DNA of 64,000 nt, from assembly GCA_022563395.1 (NCBI GenBank), contig JADFNM010000001.1, positions 178,830 to 242,829 on the forward strand, read 5' to 3'. Made by a program: the position numbers and the translations under genes. The notes under the pieces are model-generated. The model was not told the origin of the DNA. It saw only the letters and a program-made list of their open reading frames with translations, and did no database searches. Within the stretch, counting starts at the first letter, position 1. Each line of letters starts with the position of its first letter. Shown piece after piece: positions 9,545-18,832 of this stretch. The stretch comes from Patescibacteria group bacterium. GTDB taxonomy: Bacteria; Patescibacteriota; Minisyncoccia; Minisyncoccales; UBA10102.

Positions 9545-9639
9545 TTCCTTAACGAAATTAAGTTATCCACACCTAAATGAGATTTAGTTTTAAGGGATGC
9601 TCTTTACTTTTACTCCATTTTTGGTAGGATAGGGGACGT

Positions 9640-9960
9640 ATGGCAGAGATTGCTGTTATTAAAACCGGAGGCAAGCAATATATTGTGCGCCCCGGGCAAA
9701 AAATCAAGGTAGAAAAACTCCCCAAGAAAGAAGGAGCTGAAGTTGTATTTAGCGAGGTATTGCTTTTGGACGATGGCAAGAAAACAGAGATTGGTACTCC
9801 TAAAGTAACGGGAGCTAAAGTAAAAGGGAAAATACTTAAACAGAGAAAGGCAAAAAAGGTTATCGTCTTTAAGTTTAAGGCAAAGAAACGTGAGCAAACA
9901 AAAAAAGGGCACCGTCAGCCCTATAGCGAAGTAGAAATTCTCAAGATTGAGACAAAGTAA
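9640..9960 (+). CDS. rplU: 50S ribosomal protein L21
   Basis: Begins MAEIAVIKTGGKQYIVRPGQKIKVEKL and has a basic C-terminal half. Confidence 0.9.
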   Translation: MAEIAVIKTGGKQYIVRPGQKIKVEKLPKKEGAEVVFSEVLLLDDGKKTEIGTPKVTGAKVKGKILKQRKAKKVIVFKFKAKKREQTKKGHRQPYSEVEILKIETK

Positions 9961-10012
9961 GAACCCTTCGCTTCGCTCAGGAACCTTGATTTCTCACTTT
10001 GTTCAAAATTGA

Positions 10013-10041
10013 AGAGGGCTGCCTGAAAAGGTCAGCCCTCT
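10013..10041. terminator. Probable bidirectional terminator hairpin (9-bp stem AGAGGGCTG/CAGCCCTCT)
   Basis: Perfect 9-bp stem with an 11-nt loop between the convergent rplU and 10076-10474 genes. Weak T-tract. Confidence 0.45.
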
Positions 10042-10075
10042 AGAGTGCCGTACAGAACGTTACGGAGAGTTAGTG

Positions 10076-10474
10076 TTAATAGAGGGGAACGTCTTTGTAC
10101 GCTGAATCGTCCCTGCGTGCCCGGGCAACAAGCTCAAGCTCAACTGGCTGCCACTCACCTTCTACTCGAGCCACTGCAAAGAAGGTGACCGGCTCATGCC
10201 CAATGAGCATTCCGAATGCACTGCCAGCGGGCACTGGTACCATACACAGGAACGTGGCCCCATCATGCGCAACATATCCCACGTAGCCCTCTTGTAAGGA
10301 TGTAACCCTGAGTATGGCGACGGTCTTCCATCTCCATAGGACGCCCGAGACGATACTCAAGGATCCTGTTGTGGGGCCTACTTTGGGGTCACCGGCACAG
10401 GAAATGCCGTGAACAACGTCTCCCTCGTATTTTTTCCAGTTCCACGGCGAAAGAACTCTCATTACGAACCGCAT
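10076..10474 (-). CDS. Hypothetical protein; GC-rich and compositionally foreign (ORF also opens at TTG 10573)
   Basis: The ATG at 10474 is preceded by GGAGGGAGGGAAG. GC is about 55-58% against about 43% in the neighbours. No recognisable motif. Confidence 0.45.
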   Translation of the reverse strand: MRFVMRVLSPWNWKKYEGDVVHGISCAGDPKVGPTTGSLSIVSGVLWRWKTVAILRVTSLQEGYVGYVAHDGATFLCMVPVPAGSAFGMLIGHEPVTFFAVARVEGEWQPVELELVARARRDDSAYKDVPLY

Positions 10475-10584
10475 ATCTTCCCTCCCTCCTGGGTATTTTC
10501 TTTTTGGCTTTATAACCTTTACATTCTCCAGGTTCGTCAATAAAACACTAGCACTTTTTGTGGTATTTGTCAACCATTAGTGCT

Positions 10585-10623
10585 TAAACGAGATTTAGTT
10601 TGGGAAAACTAAATCTCGTTTAG
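10585..10623. repeat. RPE-like palindromic element (TAAACGAGATTTAGTT...AACTAAATCTCGTTTA)
   Basis: 16-bp inverted arms. Member of the CCTAAACGAGATTTAGG family seen about 15 times in this window. Confidence 0.8.
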
Positions 10624-10629
10624 GAAACA

Positions 10630-11232
10630 TTAGCGGCGATTTTCTAGAGATTGTTTTAGGGTTTCAGGGTCTGCGTACTCAAGCTCACCCCCAATGGGAA
10701 GGCCTCGCCCAAGACGAGTGAGTTTCACATCCATATCTTTAAGTACTCGTTCAACATAAAGGGCAGTTACTTCACCCTCTGTTGTTGGATTTGTTGCAAT
10801 GATGACTTCTTTAATAGGGGAGTGCTGCAGGCGTTCTTTGAGTTCTTTTGTTCTTAGGGTATCTCGCTGTTCCTTTTGCAAGGGGTCTACCGCACCTCCT
10901 AAAATAAAATACAGTCCCTTGTATTCTTTGATTGATTCTAAAGCCTCAAGGTCGCTTTCTTTCTCTACCACGCAAAGAATTTTCTGGTCTCTCGTTGCAT
11001 CCTGGCAAATTACGCAGACCTCTCCTGTTTTTTGGCTTGCATCAAAAGGGGAAAAACACATCTTGCATAAGGCAACCTCGTTTCTGAGCTGTGCTATCGC
11101 TTCAATAATCTCTTTTACATCCCCTTTGGGGGCTTTGAGAATGTGAAATACAAAGCGGGCCGCGGTTCTTTGCCCCACGGTAGGAAACTGAGAGAAGAGT
11201 TGAATGAGGCGCTGGATCTGTTTTGGATACAT
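10630..11232 (-). CDS. recR: Recombination protein RecR
   Basis: 200 aa with an HhH region, a C4 zinc finger (CKMCFSPF...CVIC) and a Toprim domain. Confidence 0.9.
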   Translation of the reverse strand: MYPKQIQRLIQLFSQFPTVGQRTAARFVFHILKAPKGDVKEIIEAIAQLRNEVALCKMCFSPFDASQKTGEVCVICQDATRDQKILCVVEKESDLEALESIKEYKGLYFILGGAVDPLQKEQRDTLRTKELKERLQHSPIKEVIIATNPTTEGEVTALYVERVLKDMDVKLTRLGRGLPIGGELEYADPETLKQSLENRR

Positions 11233-11240
11233 TCATATTG

Positions 11241-11278
11241 CCTAAACGAGATTTAGGAGCTCCTAAATCTCGTTTAGG
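11241..11278. repeat. Perfect 38-bp palindrome CCTAAACGAGATTTAGGAGCTCCTAAATCTCGTTTAGG
   Basis: Lies between the recR start and the dnaB stop. A near-identical copy is at 47768-47805. Confidence 0.85.
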
Positions 11279-11287
11279 CGATAATGG

Positions 11288-12679
11288 TTAAAAGGAGATT
11301 TCTTCGGCTGGTTCTTGATACTCAAGGTCTTTTTTTGCAAGATCGCTAAAACTCACGGTGCGCTCATTAAAGTAGAGTTTTACTGAGCCGACCGGTCCGT
11401 TTCTGTGCTTTGCAATAATAATCTCGGCAATCCCTTGGTTGGTGGGGTCTGCCCTATACTTGTCTTCTCGGTAAATAAACAGTACCACGTCCGCGTCCTG
11501 CTCAATGCTCCCGCTGGTGCGAAGGTCTGAAAGACGTGGACGCTGCGGGGCTCTTTGTTCCACCGCCCTTGAGAGTTGGGACAACGCAAGAACAGGAACG
11601 TTGAGTTCTCTTGCCAAGCCTTTGAGGGAGCGGGAGATTTCTGTCATCTGTTGAACTTCGTTCGTTTGAGCGTTGCGAGGCTCGATAAGTTGGATGTAAT
11701 CAATAATCAACAGGCCGAGCCCCTGGTTTGCCTGCAATCTTCTTGCCATGGCCCGCATTTTCAGCACGTTTTGAAGAGAGCTGTCTTCAATATACAGAGG
11801 GGCTTCAGACAACACTCCCATTGCTTCTTGTATTCTTGCAAAGTCATTATCATCTCCTTGAGAAGAAAGTCTTCCTGTTCTCAGTTTCCAAAGATCAACA
11901 CCTGCTTGGGAGGCGATAAGGCGGTCTATAACCTGGTCTTTGGACATTTCCAAAGAAAACACTCCTACGGGAATCTGTTGCTGGACCGCAACTCTTTTTG
12001 CAATGTCCATTGCCAGGGCTGACTTTCCCAGAGAAGGACGGGCTGCCAAGATAACAAGGTCTGAATTTTGGAGCCCAGAAAGAATGTTGTCTAGGTCTGC
12101 AAATCCCGTGGCAACTCCTCTTGTGCTCTTCTCGTGCTTTGAAAGCATGTCAATTCTCTCAAAGGCCTCTTCTAAGCTGTCTTTTACCTTGGTAAAGTTC
12201 TGAGCAAAGGACTTTTGGGCAATGGCAAAGATGCTGGATTCTGCTTTGTCTAAGAGAAGGTCGGTATCTTCTGCCTCGTCATACCCCATGCTTCCTATCT
12301 CATAGGAGACGGAGATTAAGTCACGCAGGATTCTCTTTTTCTGCACAATCTTGGCATATGCCATGACATGCGAGGCAGTGGGAACAGAGTTGATGAGTTC
12401 GGTTAAATAAGCATTTCCTCCCACCTCTTCTAGTTTTTCTTTTTCTTTGAGTCTGGAGGCAACGGACAGCAAATCAATGGGCTCCCCCTTTTCAAAGAGT
12501 TCTTCTATTGCAAGGTATATTTGCTGATGAATCTTTTTGTAAAAATCTCTGGTTTCCAGAAAATCGCCAACCTTTAAAAAGGCGTCTTTATCCATCATCA
12601 AGCTGCCCAAAAGGGAGGCCTCAGCCTCAATGTTTTGTGGGGGGAGTTTGTCTGGAACAGAGGTTTTTTCTTCTGCCAT
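11288..12679 (-). CDS. dnaB: Replicative DNA helicase DnaB (ORF extends to 12778; ATG at 12679 preferred)
   Basis: Walker A ARPSLGKSALA, a DnaB N-terminal domain, and a RecA-like C-terminal domain with IDYIQLI. Confidence 0.9.
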   Translation of the reverse strand: MAEEKTSVPDKLPPQNIEAEASLLGSLMMDKDAFLKVGDFLETRDFYKKIHQQIYLAIEELFEKGEPIDLLSVASRLKEKEKLEEVGGNAYLTELINSVPTASHVMAYAKIVQKKRILRDLISVSYEIGSMGYDEAEDTDLLLDKAESSIFAIAQKSFAQNFTKVKDSLEEAFERIDMLSKHEKSTRGVATGFADLDNILSGLQNSDLVILAARPSLGKSALAMDIAKRVAVQQQIPVGVFSLEMSKDQVIDRLIASQAGVDLWKLRTGRLSSQGDDNDFARIQEAMGVLSEAPLYIEDSSLQNVLKMRAMARRLQANQGLGLLIIDYIQLIEPRNAQTNEVQQMTEISRSLKGLARELNVPVLALSQLSRAVEQRAPQRPRLSDLRTSGSIEQDADVVLFIYREDKYRADPTNQGIAEIIIAKHRNGPVGSVKLYFNERTVSFSDLAKKDLEYQEPAEEISF

Positions 12680-12830
12680 AGTAGAACTATCATAGCCATT
12701 CTGGAAAGGTTTGGCAAGAACAGTAATCCTTTGTGGATAAATAGCTTGTCGCCATTTGGGGAATGCTGTATGGTACAAAAACAGGTCCTACAATCACCCA
12801 TACGTAAACGCAGACTGAAAGGAGACGGAC

Positions 12831-13619
12831 ATGGCAGAAAAACTATGTAAGCACACCATGCCCATCCTTCAGTGTGCTCTTTGCAACAAGAATCCAATAG
12901 AGCTCAGGAAGGCTGGGATGGACCCGTATCCACGCTCGGTTGTCAGTTTGCCACCAAGTACCACGAAGCAGGTGGCAACGCCAGAGATACCAGAAGAAGG
13001 CGCTTTCGAGCCCAAACCCGAGGGCGAAAAAGAGATCGCTGAGGCAACCATCTTAAGAGAAGAGAGTCTCAGGCCAGCGGAAGACTTGGGAGACGACGGG
13101 GATATGGGAGACACGCCTCCAGAAGATGTGGAGCGAGACATGCAGGAAACCCCTGCAGCCCCTGTACCAACGCCAAAACCCATCAGAGCTTCCACTCCTT
13201 CTTCCAACGGCACAACCTCGCGTGCTCCAATCGTCCATCTGGCAACGGGGCACGAGGAAAGCCCAGATATTTCGCCTCCCGTGACAGAATCCGTAGCGGC
13301 TCCCCATCCTTCTCGCAGGACCATAAGAAAAAAAAGGGCAGCCACATCCCCTCCGCCACCTATCTCCACGGCAAAGAGGCATAGGCCAAAAAGGAGAAAG
13401 AGTGCGATATCAAACAAAAACTCTCCGAAAAGGAGAACCCGAGGAGAGACCATTCTAAGGAAACTTGGGATGCTAAAGAAGCGTCTCGAGAATATGTCTG
13501 GTATGAGCCCGGGGCAGATTTCCTCGATAACGCCGGAGGAGCGAAAAGAAATCGTCCAACAGATTTCGTTCCTCCTATGGGTTCTTCAAAAACTTGGCAT
13601 CAAGTTCTCTCCTGAATGA
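12831..13619 (+). CDS. Hypothetical disordered Pro/Ser/basic-rich protein with an N-terminal Cys cluster
   Basis: AGGAG ribosome-binding site 7 nt upstream. N-terminal CKHTMPILQCALC, then a low-complexity body. An antisense ORF of similar length exists. Confidence 0.4.
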   Translation: MAEKLCKHTMPILQCALCNKNPIELRKAGMDPYPRSVVSLPPSTTKQVATPEIPEEGAFEPKPEGEKEIAEATILREESLRPAEDLGDDGDMGDTPPEDVERDMQETPAAPVPTPKPIRASTPSSNGTTSRAPIVHLATGHEESPDISPPVTESVAAPHPSRRTIRKKRAATSPPPPISTAKRHRPKRRKSAISNKNSPKRRTRGETILRKLGMLKKRLENMSGMSPGQISSITPEERKEIVQQISFLLWVLQKLGIKFSPE

Positions 13620-13637
13620 GAACTCCCAGCCCAGGGC

Positions 13638-15053
13638 TTAGGCTCTGGACTTTTCTTTTGGTTTTAAGCGAGGTCCTTTGGAGGTATCGTCAACCTGCCA
13701 CCCTTTCTTTAAGAGCATTTTTCGTAACTCGTCTGCCTTTTGCCACTGCTTGGCTTTTCGATACTTATCGCGTTGTTCTGCTAACTTAAGAATATCTAAT
13801 GGGATTATAATTTTTGCCTTGGCAAAGAAAATAAATCCAAAAATCTTGTCTGCCTCTTTTAAAAAGGCGAGGATTGCTTTTGAGTCTTTGAAAGAAAGCT
13901 TTCCCGCTGCCATCATGGTGTTGCCGTGGTTTATTAACTCAAAGAGGATAGAAATGGCTTTGGGAGTGTTGAAATCATCTTCCAATGCTTTTTTGAATCT
14001 TTCCCGCACTTCTTTCAAAAACCCAGTGTGTCCTAAATCTCGTTTAGGAGAACTTAGAGCTTTTAATTTATCAACAAACTCATCAATGTGTGCTAGTTCC
14101 CGCTTTGTCTGTAAAAGCAGTTTGTCTGAATAATCAATAGGGGAACGATAATGGGTTTTGAGTACCAGGAGTCGAAGCATTCGGGAAGAATGTGCTTTCA
14201 AGAAGTCTTTGATGGTAATAAAGTTGCCCAGGGATTTGGACATCTTTTCGCCTTCTACTGTCAAAAACCCAGAATGCATCCAGTGCTTTGCCATGGGTTT
14301 TTTGCCAGAGATGGCCTCCATTTGAGCAATCTCTGCTTCATGGTGGGGAAAAATGAGATCTTGAGCCCCCCCGTGCAGCTCGTACTGAACGCCGAAGCGC
14401 TTCTCTGTCATGGCGGTATCTTCAATGTGCCAGCCAGGGCGTCCCCGCCCCCAAGGGCTCGGCCAAGCGGGGTCTGACCCCGCTTTTGCTTCAAATTTCC
14501 ACAAGGCAAAGTCACCCTTATTCCGTTTGTGTATTGATTCATCAATACGGGAAACCGCATCTTCTGCCTGAAGAGAGGTTCTGCCAGAGAGCTTACCGTA
14601 ATCCTTGAACTTTAAGATATCATAATACAAGCCATCTTCCTTAATCTCATAGGCATATCCTTTTTGCACCAACCGCTTTATCTGGGTGATAATCTCTTGG
14701 ATATGTTCGGTGGCCCTGACATACTTGCTTACGCTTTTAATGCCCAGGGCCTTCATGTCTTTTAAGTACTCCTTCTCAAATCTCTTTGCTAAGGCCTTTG
14801 GAGTAACCCTGGTTCTTTTAGCCCGTTGAATAATCTTGTCGTCAATATCGGTAATGTTCTGCAGATAGTCTACCCCGTACCCTTCAAACCTTAAAAACCG
14901 CACAAAAGCGTCAAAAGAGATATAGGTTCTGGCATGACCAAGGTGCGAAAAGTCGTATACGGTGGGGCCACACACAAAAAGAGAGATTTTCTTTTTTGGT
15001 CTGGTTTTTAGGGGCTCTTTTTTTCTTGAAAGCGTGTTGTAGAGCTTTATCAT
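13638..15053 (-). CDS. cysS: Cysteinyl-tRNA synthetase
   Basis: HIGH motif HLGHARTY and KMSKS motif GEKMSKSLGN. Contains an in-frame palindromic element encoding SPKRDLGH. Confidence 0.9.
   Translation of the reverse strand: MIKLYNTLSRKKEPLKTRPKKKISLFVCGPTVYDFSHLGHARTYISFDAFVRFLRFEGYGVDYLQNITDIDDKIIQRAKRTRVTPKALAKRFEKEYLKDMKALGIKSVSKYVRATEHIQEIITQIKRLVQKGYAYEIKEDGLYYDILKFKDYGKLSGRTSLQAEDAVSRIDESIHKRNKGDFALWKFEAKAGSDPAWPSPWGRGRPGWHIEDTAMTEKRFGVQYELHGGAQDLIFPHHEAEIAQMEAISGKKPMAKHWMHSGFLTVEGEKMSKSLGNFITIKDFLKAHSSRMLRLLVLKTHYRSPIDYSDKLLLQTKRELAHIDEFVDKLKALSSPKRDLGHTGFLKEVRERFKKALEDDFNTPKAISILFELINHGNTMMAAGKLSFKDSKAILAFLKEADKIFGFIFFAKAKIIIPLDILKLAEQRDKYRKAKQWQKADELRKMLLKKGWQVDDTSKGPRLKPKEKSRA
14053..14069. 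repeat. CCTAAATCTCGTTTAGG element inserted in frame within cysS
   Basis: 17-bp palindrome core. On the coding strand it reads PKRDLG, in frame with the cysS ORF. Confidence 0.75.
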
Positions 15054-15117
15054 GTTTCACTATTGTATCACAGCACCAAGGTTTGAAAAATGCCTCATTT
15101 TTTGCTAGTATTGCTGC

Positions 15118-16221
15118 ATGGCCACCAATCTTGTGCTCTACCGCAAATACAGGCCCCAAAGCTTCGGAGAGGTTATAGGCCAAGACCACGTGGTTCAGAC
15201 CTTAAAAAATGCAGTGAGGGCTAACCTTATTGCCCACGCCTATCTGTTTTCCGGTCCCAGAGGTTCGGGGAAAACAACCCTGGCCAGGATCTTAGCTAAG
15301 GCGGTAAACTGCAAGAATCCCAAACAAGGAGAGCCAGACAACACGTGTGAGTCTTGCCAAGAGATAAACCAAGGAAGAGCACTGGATTTCATAGAGATTG
15401 ATGCTGCTTCTAACCGAGGCATTGACGAGATTCGAGAATTAAAAGAGGGGATTCGCTTTGTACCCGCAAGGTTAAAATACAAGGTCTTTGTCATAGACGA
15501 GGCACACCAGTTAACCAAAGAGGCCTCTAATGCCCTGTTAAAAACCCTGGAAGAACCTCCTTCCCATGCAATCTTTGTTTTAGCTACTACAGAGGTTCAC
15601 CGCATGATTGGCACCATTGTGTCTCGGTGTCAGCGCTTTGACTTTAGAAGATTGCAGGTTCCAGAAATAGTAGAACGTTTGCAAGATCTTGCAAAAAAAG
15701 AGAAGGCTACAATTGACAAGCAGGCTCTCTTGATTATTGCAGGAAGCGCCGGGGGGTCATTTCGCGACGCAGAGTCACTGCTTGACCGCGTTCTTACTTT
15801 TCATGCAGGAAACAAGATTACGCAAGAAACAGTACAAGAACTCCTTGGCATTGTAGACATTCATATTCTCTCTAAATTTGTAGACCTGCTGTTTTTGAAG
15901 AAAGCGGCTCAACCAGTGGAGTTTTTAAACAAGAAGCTGCAAGAAGGCATGGACCCCCAAGAGTTTGCAAAGAATCTGGTAGAATATTTGCGAAACCTCC
16001 TTATTCTCAAACTCAACCCAGAGCTTAAAGATACCCTTACGCCAAGCTATACCAAAGAACAGCAAGAAAAAATAGCAGAGCAGGCAAAGGCAGTGGAAGG
16101 AAAGTTTTTGACCAATGCCTTAAAACTCTTTATGGCAGCAGAGCGTGACATGAGGTATGCCGATATTGTGCAGCTTCCCTTGGAACTTGCGATTGTAGAG
16201 AGCACAATGAAAGAAGAGTAA
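15118..16221 (+). CDS. dnaX: DNA polymerase III subunit gamma/tau (short form)
   Basis: AAA+ Walker A GPRGSGKTT, a zinc module CESCQEI, and sensor motifs. Confidence 0.85.
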   Translation: MATNLVLYRKYRPQSFGEVIGQDHVVQTLKNAVRANLIAHAYLFSGPRGSGKTTLARILAKAVNCKNPKQGEPDNTCESCQEINQGRALDFIEIDAASNRGIDEIRELKEGIRFVPARLKYKVFVIDEAHQLTKEASNALLKTLEEPPSHAIFVLATTEVHRMIGTIVSRCQRFDFRRLQVPEIVERLQDLAKKEKATIDKQALLIIAGSAGGSFRDAESLLDRVLTFHAGNKITQETVQELLGIVDIHILSKFVDLLFLKKAAQPVEFLNKKLQEGMDPQEFAKNLVEYLRNLLILKLNPELKDTLTPSYTKEQQEKIAEQAKAVEGKFLTNALKLFMAAERDMRYADIVQLPLELAIVESTMKEE

Positions 16222-16343
16222 CGATGCGGGGTCGCCCGCCTAGACTCGACGTCTAGTCGAGGCTGGTCTAACGGCCTGCCTCGCGAAGACTCGTCTCGAG
16301 ACGAAGCGGATAATCTTCAGCAAGTCGAGGCAAGTAGGACTTA

Positions 16344-16598
16344 ATGAAATATATAGTTTACATCCTTCAAAGTCTGTCAGCTAAAAAAAGTTATGTCGGA
16401 GTAACGGATAACATAGAACGCCGCATCAAAGAGCATAACAGCGGAAAACATTTCTATACGAAAAGGCATACTCCGTGGAAAGTAATTCATACAGAAGAGT
16501 ATTCAAACTTTCAAGAAGCACAGAGGCAGGAAAAGTACTTAAAAACCACATCAGGCAGAAGAATCATGAAGAAAATCTTTGACTCAATCAAAACATAA
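16344..16598 (+). CDS. GIY-YIG nuclease domain protein
   Basis: 84 aa with YIVYILQS...YVGVTDNIERRIKEHN. Directly upstream of tRNA-Gln. Confidence 0.7.
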   Translation: MKYIVYILQSLSAKKSYVGVTDNIERRIKEHNSGKHFYTKRHTPWKVIHTEEYSNFQEAQRQEKYLKTTSGRRIMKKIFDSIKT

Positions 16599-16603
16599 TC
16601 ATT

Positions 16604-16677
16604 GCGGGATCGTCTAACGGTAGGACATGGCCCTTTGGAGGCCAGTATCTAGGTTCGAATCCTAGTCCCGCAGCCAA
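16604..16677 (+). tRNA. tRNA-Gln (anticodon TTG), CCA encoded
   Basis: U1-A72 acceptor pair, anticodon loop CTTTGGA, T-loop GGTTCGAATCC, discriminator G, and CCA. Confidence 0.75.
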
Positions 16678-16787
16678 CGTGTACGAACAGAGTCAAGAAC
16701 TTTCTTGCTCTTATAATTAATAACAAGATACGGGGTATTGAAATGGACTTTTCCCTAGTCTAATGGTATAATAACTTACATAAGATT

Positions 16788-17024
16788 ATGCTGGAAAAAG
16801 AATTAAAATATTTTATTGATAATCAAAAAGAACTCGTAGCTAAATACGAGGGAAGATTTTTAGTGATTAGGGACCAAAAAGTTCAAGGTGTTTATAACAC
16901 AGAAATAGAAGCATACAACGAAGCTAAAAATAAGTTTGAACTAGGAACCTTTTTGATACAGAGAGCTCTTTCTGGTAAAGAAGGCTACACCCAGACTTTT
17001 CATTCTCGTGTAAGCTTTCCTTAG
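16788..17024 (+). CDS. Hypothetical 78-aa protein, translationally coupled to the retropepsin-like gene
   Basis: Its stop is 2 nt before the start of the next ORF. No recognisable motif. Confidence 0.45.
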   Translation: MLEKELKYFIDNQKELVAKYEGRFLVIRDQKVQGVYNTEIEAYNEAKNKFELGTFLIQRALSGKEGYTQTFHSRVSFP

Positions 17025-17026
17025 CC

Positions 17027-17590
17027 ATGCAAGATGCCTTTACTACAAGATATAAAGGACTGACACAAGTATTACACACACAAATAGGTGTGTGTTTGCC
17101 TTATACCAAAGAAGAAATAGAAATTAACAAAATTCAACTCAAAGAATATCTTGCAATCTGGGACACAGGAGCAACTCATTCAGCTATAACCAAGAAAGTT
17201 GCAGATGAGCTTGGATTAAAACCAACAGGTCTGGTTGATGTAAGACATGCTAAGGGATTGTCTAAAACCAATACTTACTATGTTAATATTGAGCTACCAA
17301 GCCATCTAATGATTGGCAATGTACGCGTAACAGAGGTTGAACTTATTCCAGACGCTAATACTTCAGATGACCAGCAACCACAAATTTTGATTGGTATGGA
17401 TATCATTGGTTTAGGTGATTTTGCAGTAACTAACTATAAAGGAAATACTATTCTTACATTTCGCACCCCCTCTATTGAAGAGATAGATTTTGTACCAGAG
17501 GCAAAGGAAGACAATATCATGGAAGGTGGAAATAGCCACGCACGTAAAGTTCAAAGAGCTAAAAAACGTAGAAGAGATAAGAAGAGATAA
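17027..17590 (+). CDS. Retropepsin-like aspartic peptidase (clan AA) with a basic C-terminal tail
   Basis: DTGA active-site motif (AIWDTGATHSAIT), an ILIGMDIIGLG flap-like region, and a KRRRDKKR tail. Confidence 0.6.
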   Translation: MQDAFTTRYKGLTQVLHTQIGVCLPYTKEEIEINKIQLKEYLAIWDTGATHSAITKKVADELGLKPTGLVDVRHAKGLSKTNTYYVNIELPSHLMIGNVRVTEVELIPDANTSDDQQPQILIGMDIIGLGDFAVTNYKGNTILTFRTPSIEEIDFVPEAKEDNIMEGGNSHARKVQRAKKRRRDKKR

Positions 17591-17635
17591 ATTCTTTACT
17601 TTCTAATAAACTTGTACTGTAAAAACAATCAAAGA

Positions 17636-17668
17636 ATCGCCAAATAGGCGGTTTTTTGGTAAGGTAGA
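17636..17668 (+). promoter_or_regulatory. Conserved hairpin-T6-GGTARRRT promoter module (ATCGCCAAATAGGCGGTTTTTTGGTAAGGTAGAGT), 4 nt before the ATG
   Basis: One of at least 9 copies of CGCCnnnnnnGGCGGTTTTTTGGTAGAAT located 5-20 nt upstream of start codons. Confidence 0.6.
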
Positions 17669-17671
17669 GTT

Positions 17672-17860
17672 ATGAGGGGCATTTACAGCATAACAAAGGG
17701 ACAATTGATTACACTATGGTTTTTTGGAACTATTGGTTGGCTTTTCGCTGGTCTCGTTTTGCTTAATGAAATTATCAGTGCCCTCCTGTATATTTTTTTG
17801 ATTCCGTTTATTCTTATTTTCTATACTATTGGTTGGAGAAATAGTAAAAAGAAAAAATAG
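17672..17860 (+). CDS. Small membrane protein (62 aa, 2 TM)
   Basis: Hydrophobic 62-aa ORF immediately downstream of the promoter module. Confidence 0.45.
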   Translation: MRGIYSITKGQLITLWFFGTIGWLFAGLVLLNEIISALLYIFLIPFILIFYTIGWRNSKKKK

Positions 17861-17900
17861 TGAATAGCAGAGTAGGGGAGAAATAATCTATTATCTACCT

Positions 17901-18494
17901 ATGAAGAGGAAAACTAAAAAAAGTACAGAGCTTACTACTAAGGAAGATTTGGGTAGCGACGAGGGATACTTGGAAAGTGAAGCGGTAGTAAAGCCTCCAG
18001 AAAAAGATAGTTTATTAAAGAGAATCCTATCGAGATTAGGCATGGGCGCCTTAGTCGTTGGTGGTGGCGCACTCTTTAGTGTAATTACTATTTTACAATT
18101 TTTAGTTACTGCTATCATTGGTTTAGGAATGATATGGTGGGCAGTAGTCTTATTTTTAGACGGCTCCATTATTTTGGGCCTATTGGTTCTTTTAATCGGG
18201 ACCCCAATAGCTATTGGATTAACCCACTTTTTCTTTTTCTTCTTCCTGGCGATAGGAATCCTTGCAACGATAATATGGGGAGTTGCTAACCTATTTGGTG
18301 TCGGTCTTTCTTTTGGTAATGCCTGGGATATTATTTGGCTGGTTATTGAGGTAGTGCTGCTTGGGGGTATGGCTTTTCTGGGAGTAAGTGGATTGATTGA
18401 AGCGATAAAAGAAAAGAGGGTAGCAGAGTTTTTTAAAGGAAATTGGTTCTATCTTTTACTCTTTGCATTTCTTTTTTGGTTATTTTTTCTCTAA
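17901..18494 (+). CDS. Hypothetical polytopic membrane protein
   Basis: 197 aa with a charged N-terminus followed by about 5 TM helices. Confidence 0.45.
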   Translation: MKRKTKKSTELTTKEDLGSDEGYLESEAVVKPPEKDSLLKRILSRLGMGALVVGGGALFSVITILQFLVTAIIGLGMIWWAVVLFLDGSIILGLLVLLIGTPIAIGLTHFFFFFFLAIGILATIIWGVANLFGVGLSFGNAWDIIWLVIEVVLLGGMAFLGVSGLIEAIKEKRVAEFFKGNWFYLLLFAFLFWLFFL

Positions 18495-18518
18495 GAGAAA
18501 CCAGTAAAACATCATAGT

Positions 18519-18830
18519 ATGGTCAAAAAAATCTATAGAGCAAATAATAGAGATGGCATTCTTATTGTGTTTGAGGATGGAAAACAAGTCGGTTTAACTG
18601 ATATAATGCGTGGTGTCCTACAGAACACATTCCGTACCCAGTTGGAGAATATAAAAATGCACCCTATCCCTCAGGAAGAAGGGGCATTAGAGACGAGACC
18701 TGATGAAGTAACAGAGGTTATACAAAAAGAAACTGGCTATTATTTAGAGGTTTCGGGAGATAAAGGGGATTATGATATTTCCGTTTCTCCTGAGGAGCTT
18801 AAAACTCTAATTTTTCTTGATGATAAATAA
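18519..18830 (+). CDS. Hypothetical protein (103 aa)
   Basis: ORF with plausible coding composition. Paired with the next ORF across a 2-nt gap. Confidence 0.35.
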   Translation: MVKKIYRANNRDGILIVFEDGKQVGLTDIMRGVLQNTFRTQLENIKMHPIPQEEGALETRPDEVTEVIQKETGYYLEVSGDKGDYDISVSPEELKTLIFLDDK

Positions 18831-18832
18831 AT

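Noticed and set aside
12869-13453. 194-aa ORF antisense to the disordered-protein gene 12831-13619
   Set aside because: The plus-strand ORF has a good AGGAG ribosome-binding site and an ATG. The minus-strand ORF lacks a ribosome-binding site and is a low-complexity mirror translation of a GC-rich region. The plus strand is kept, with low confidence.
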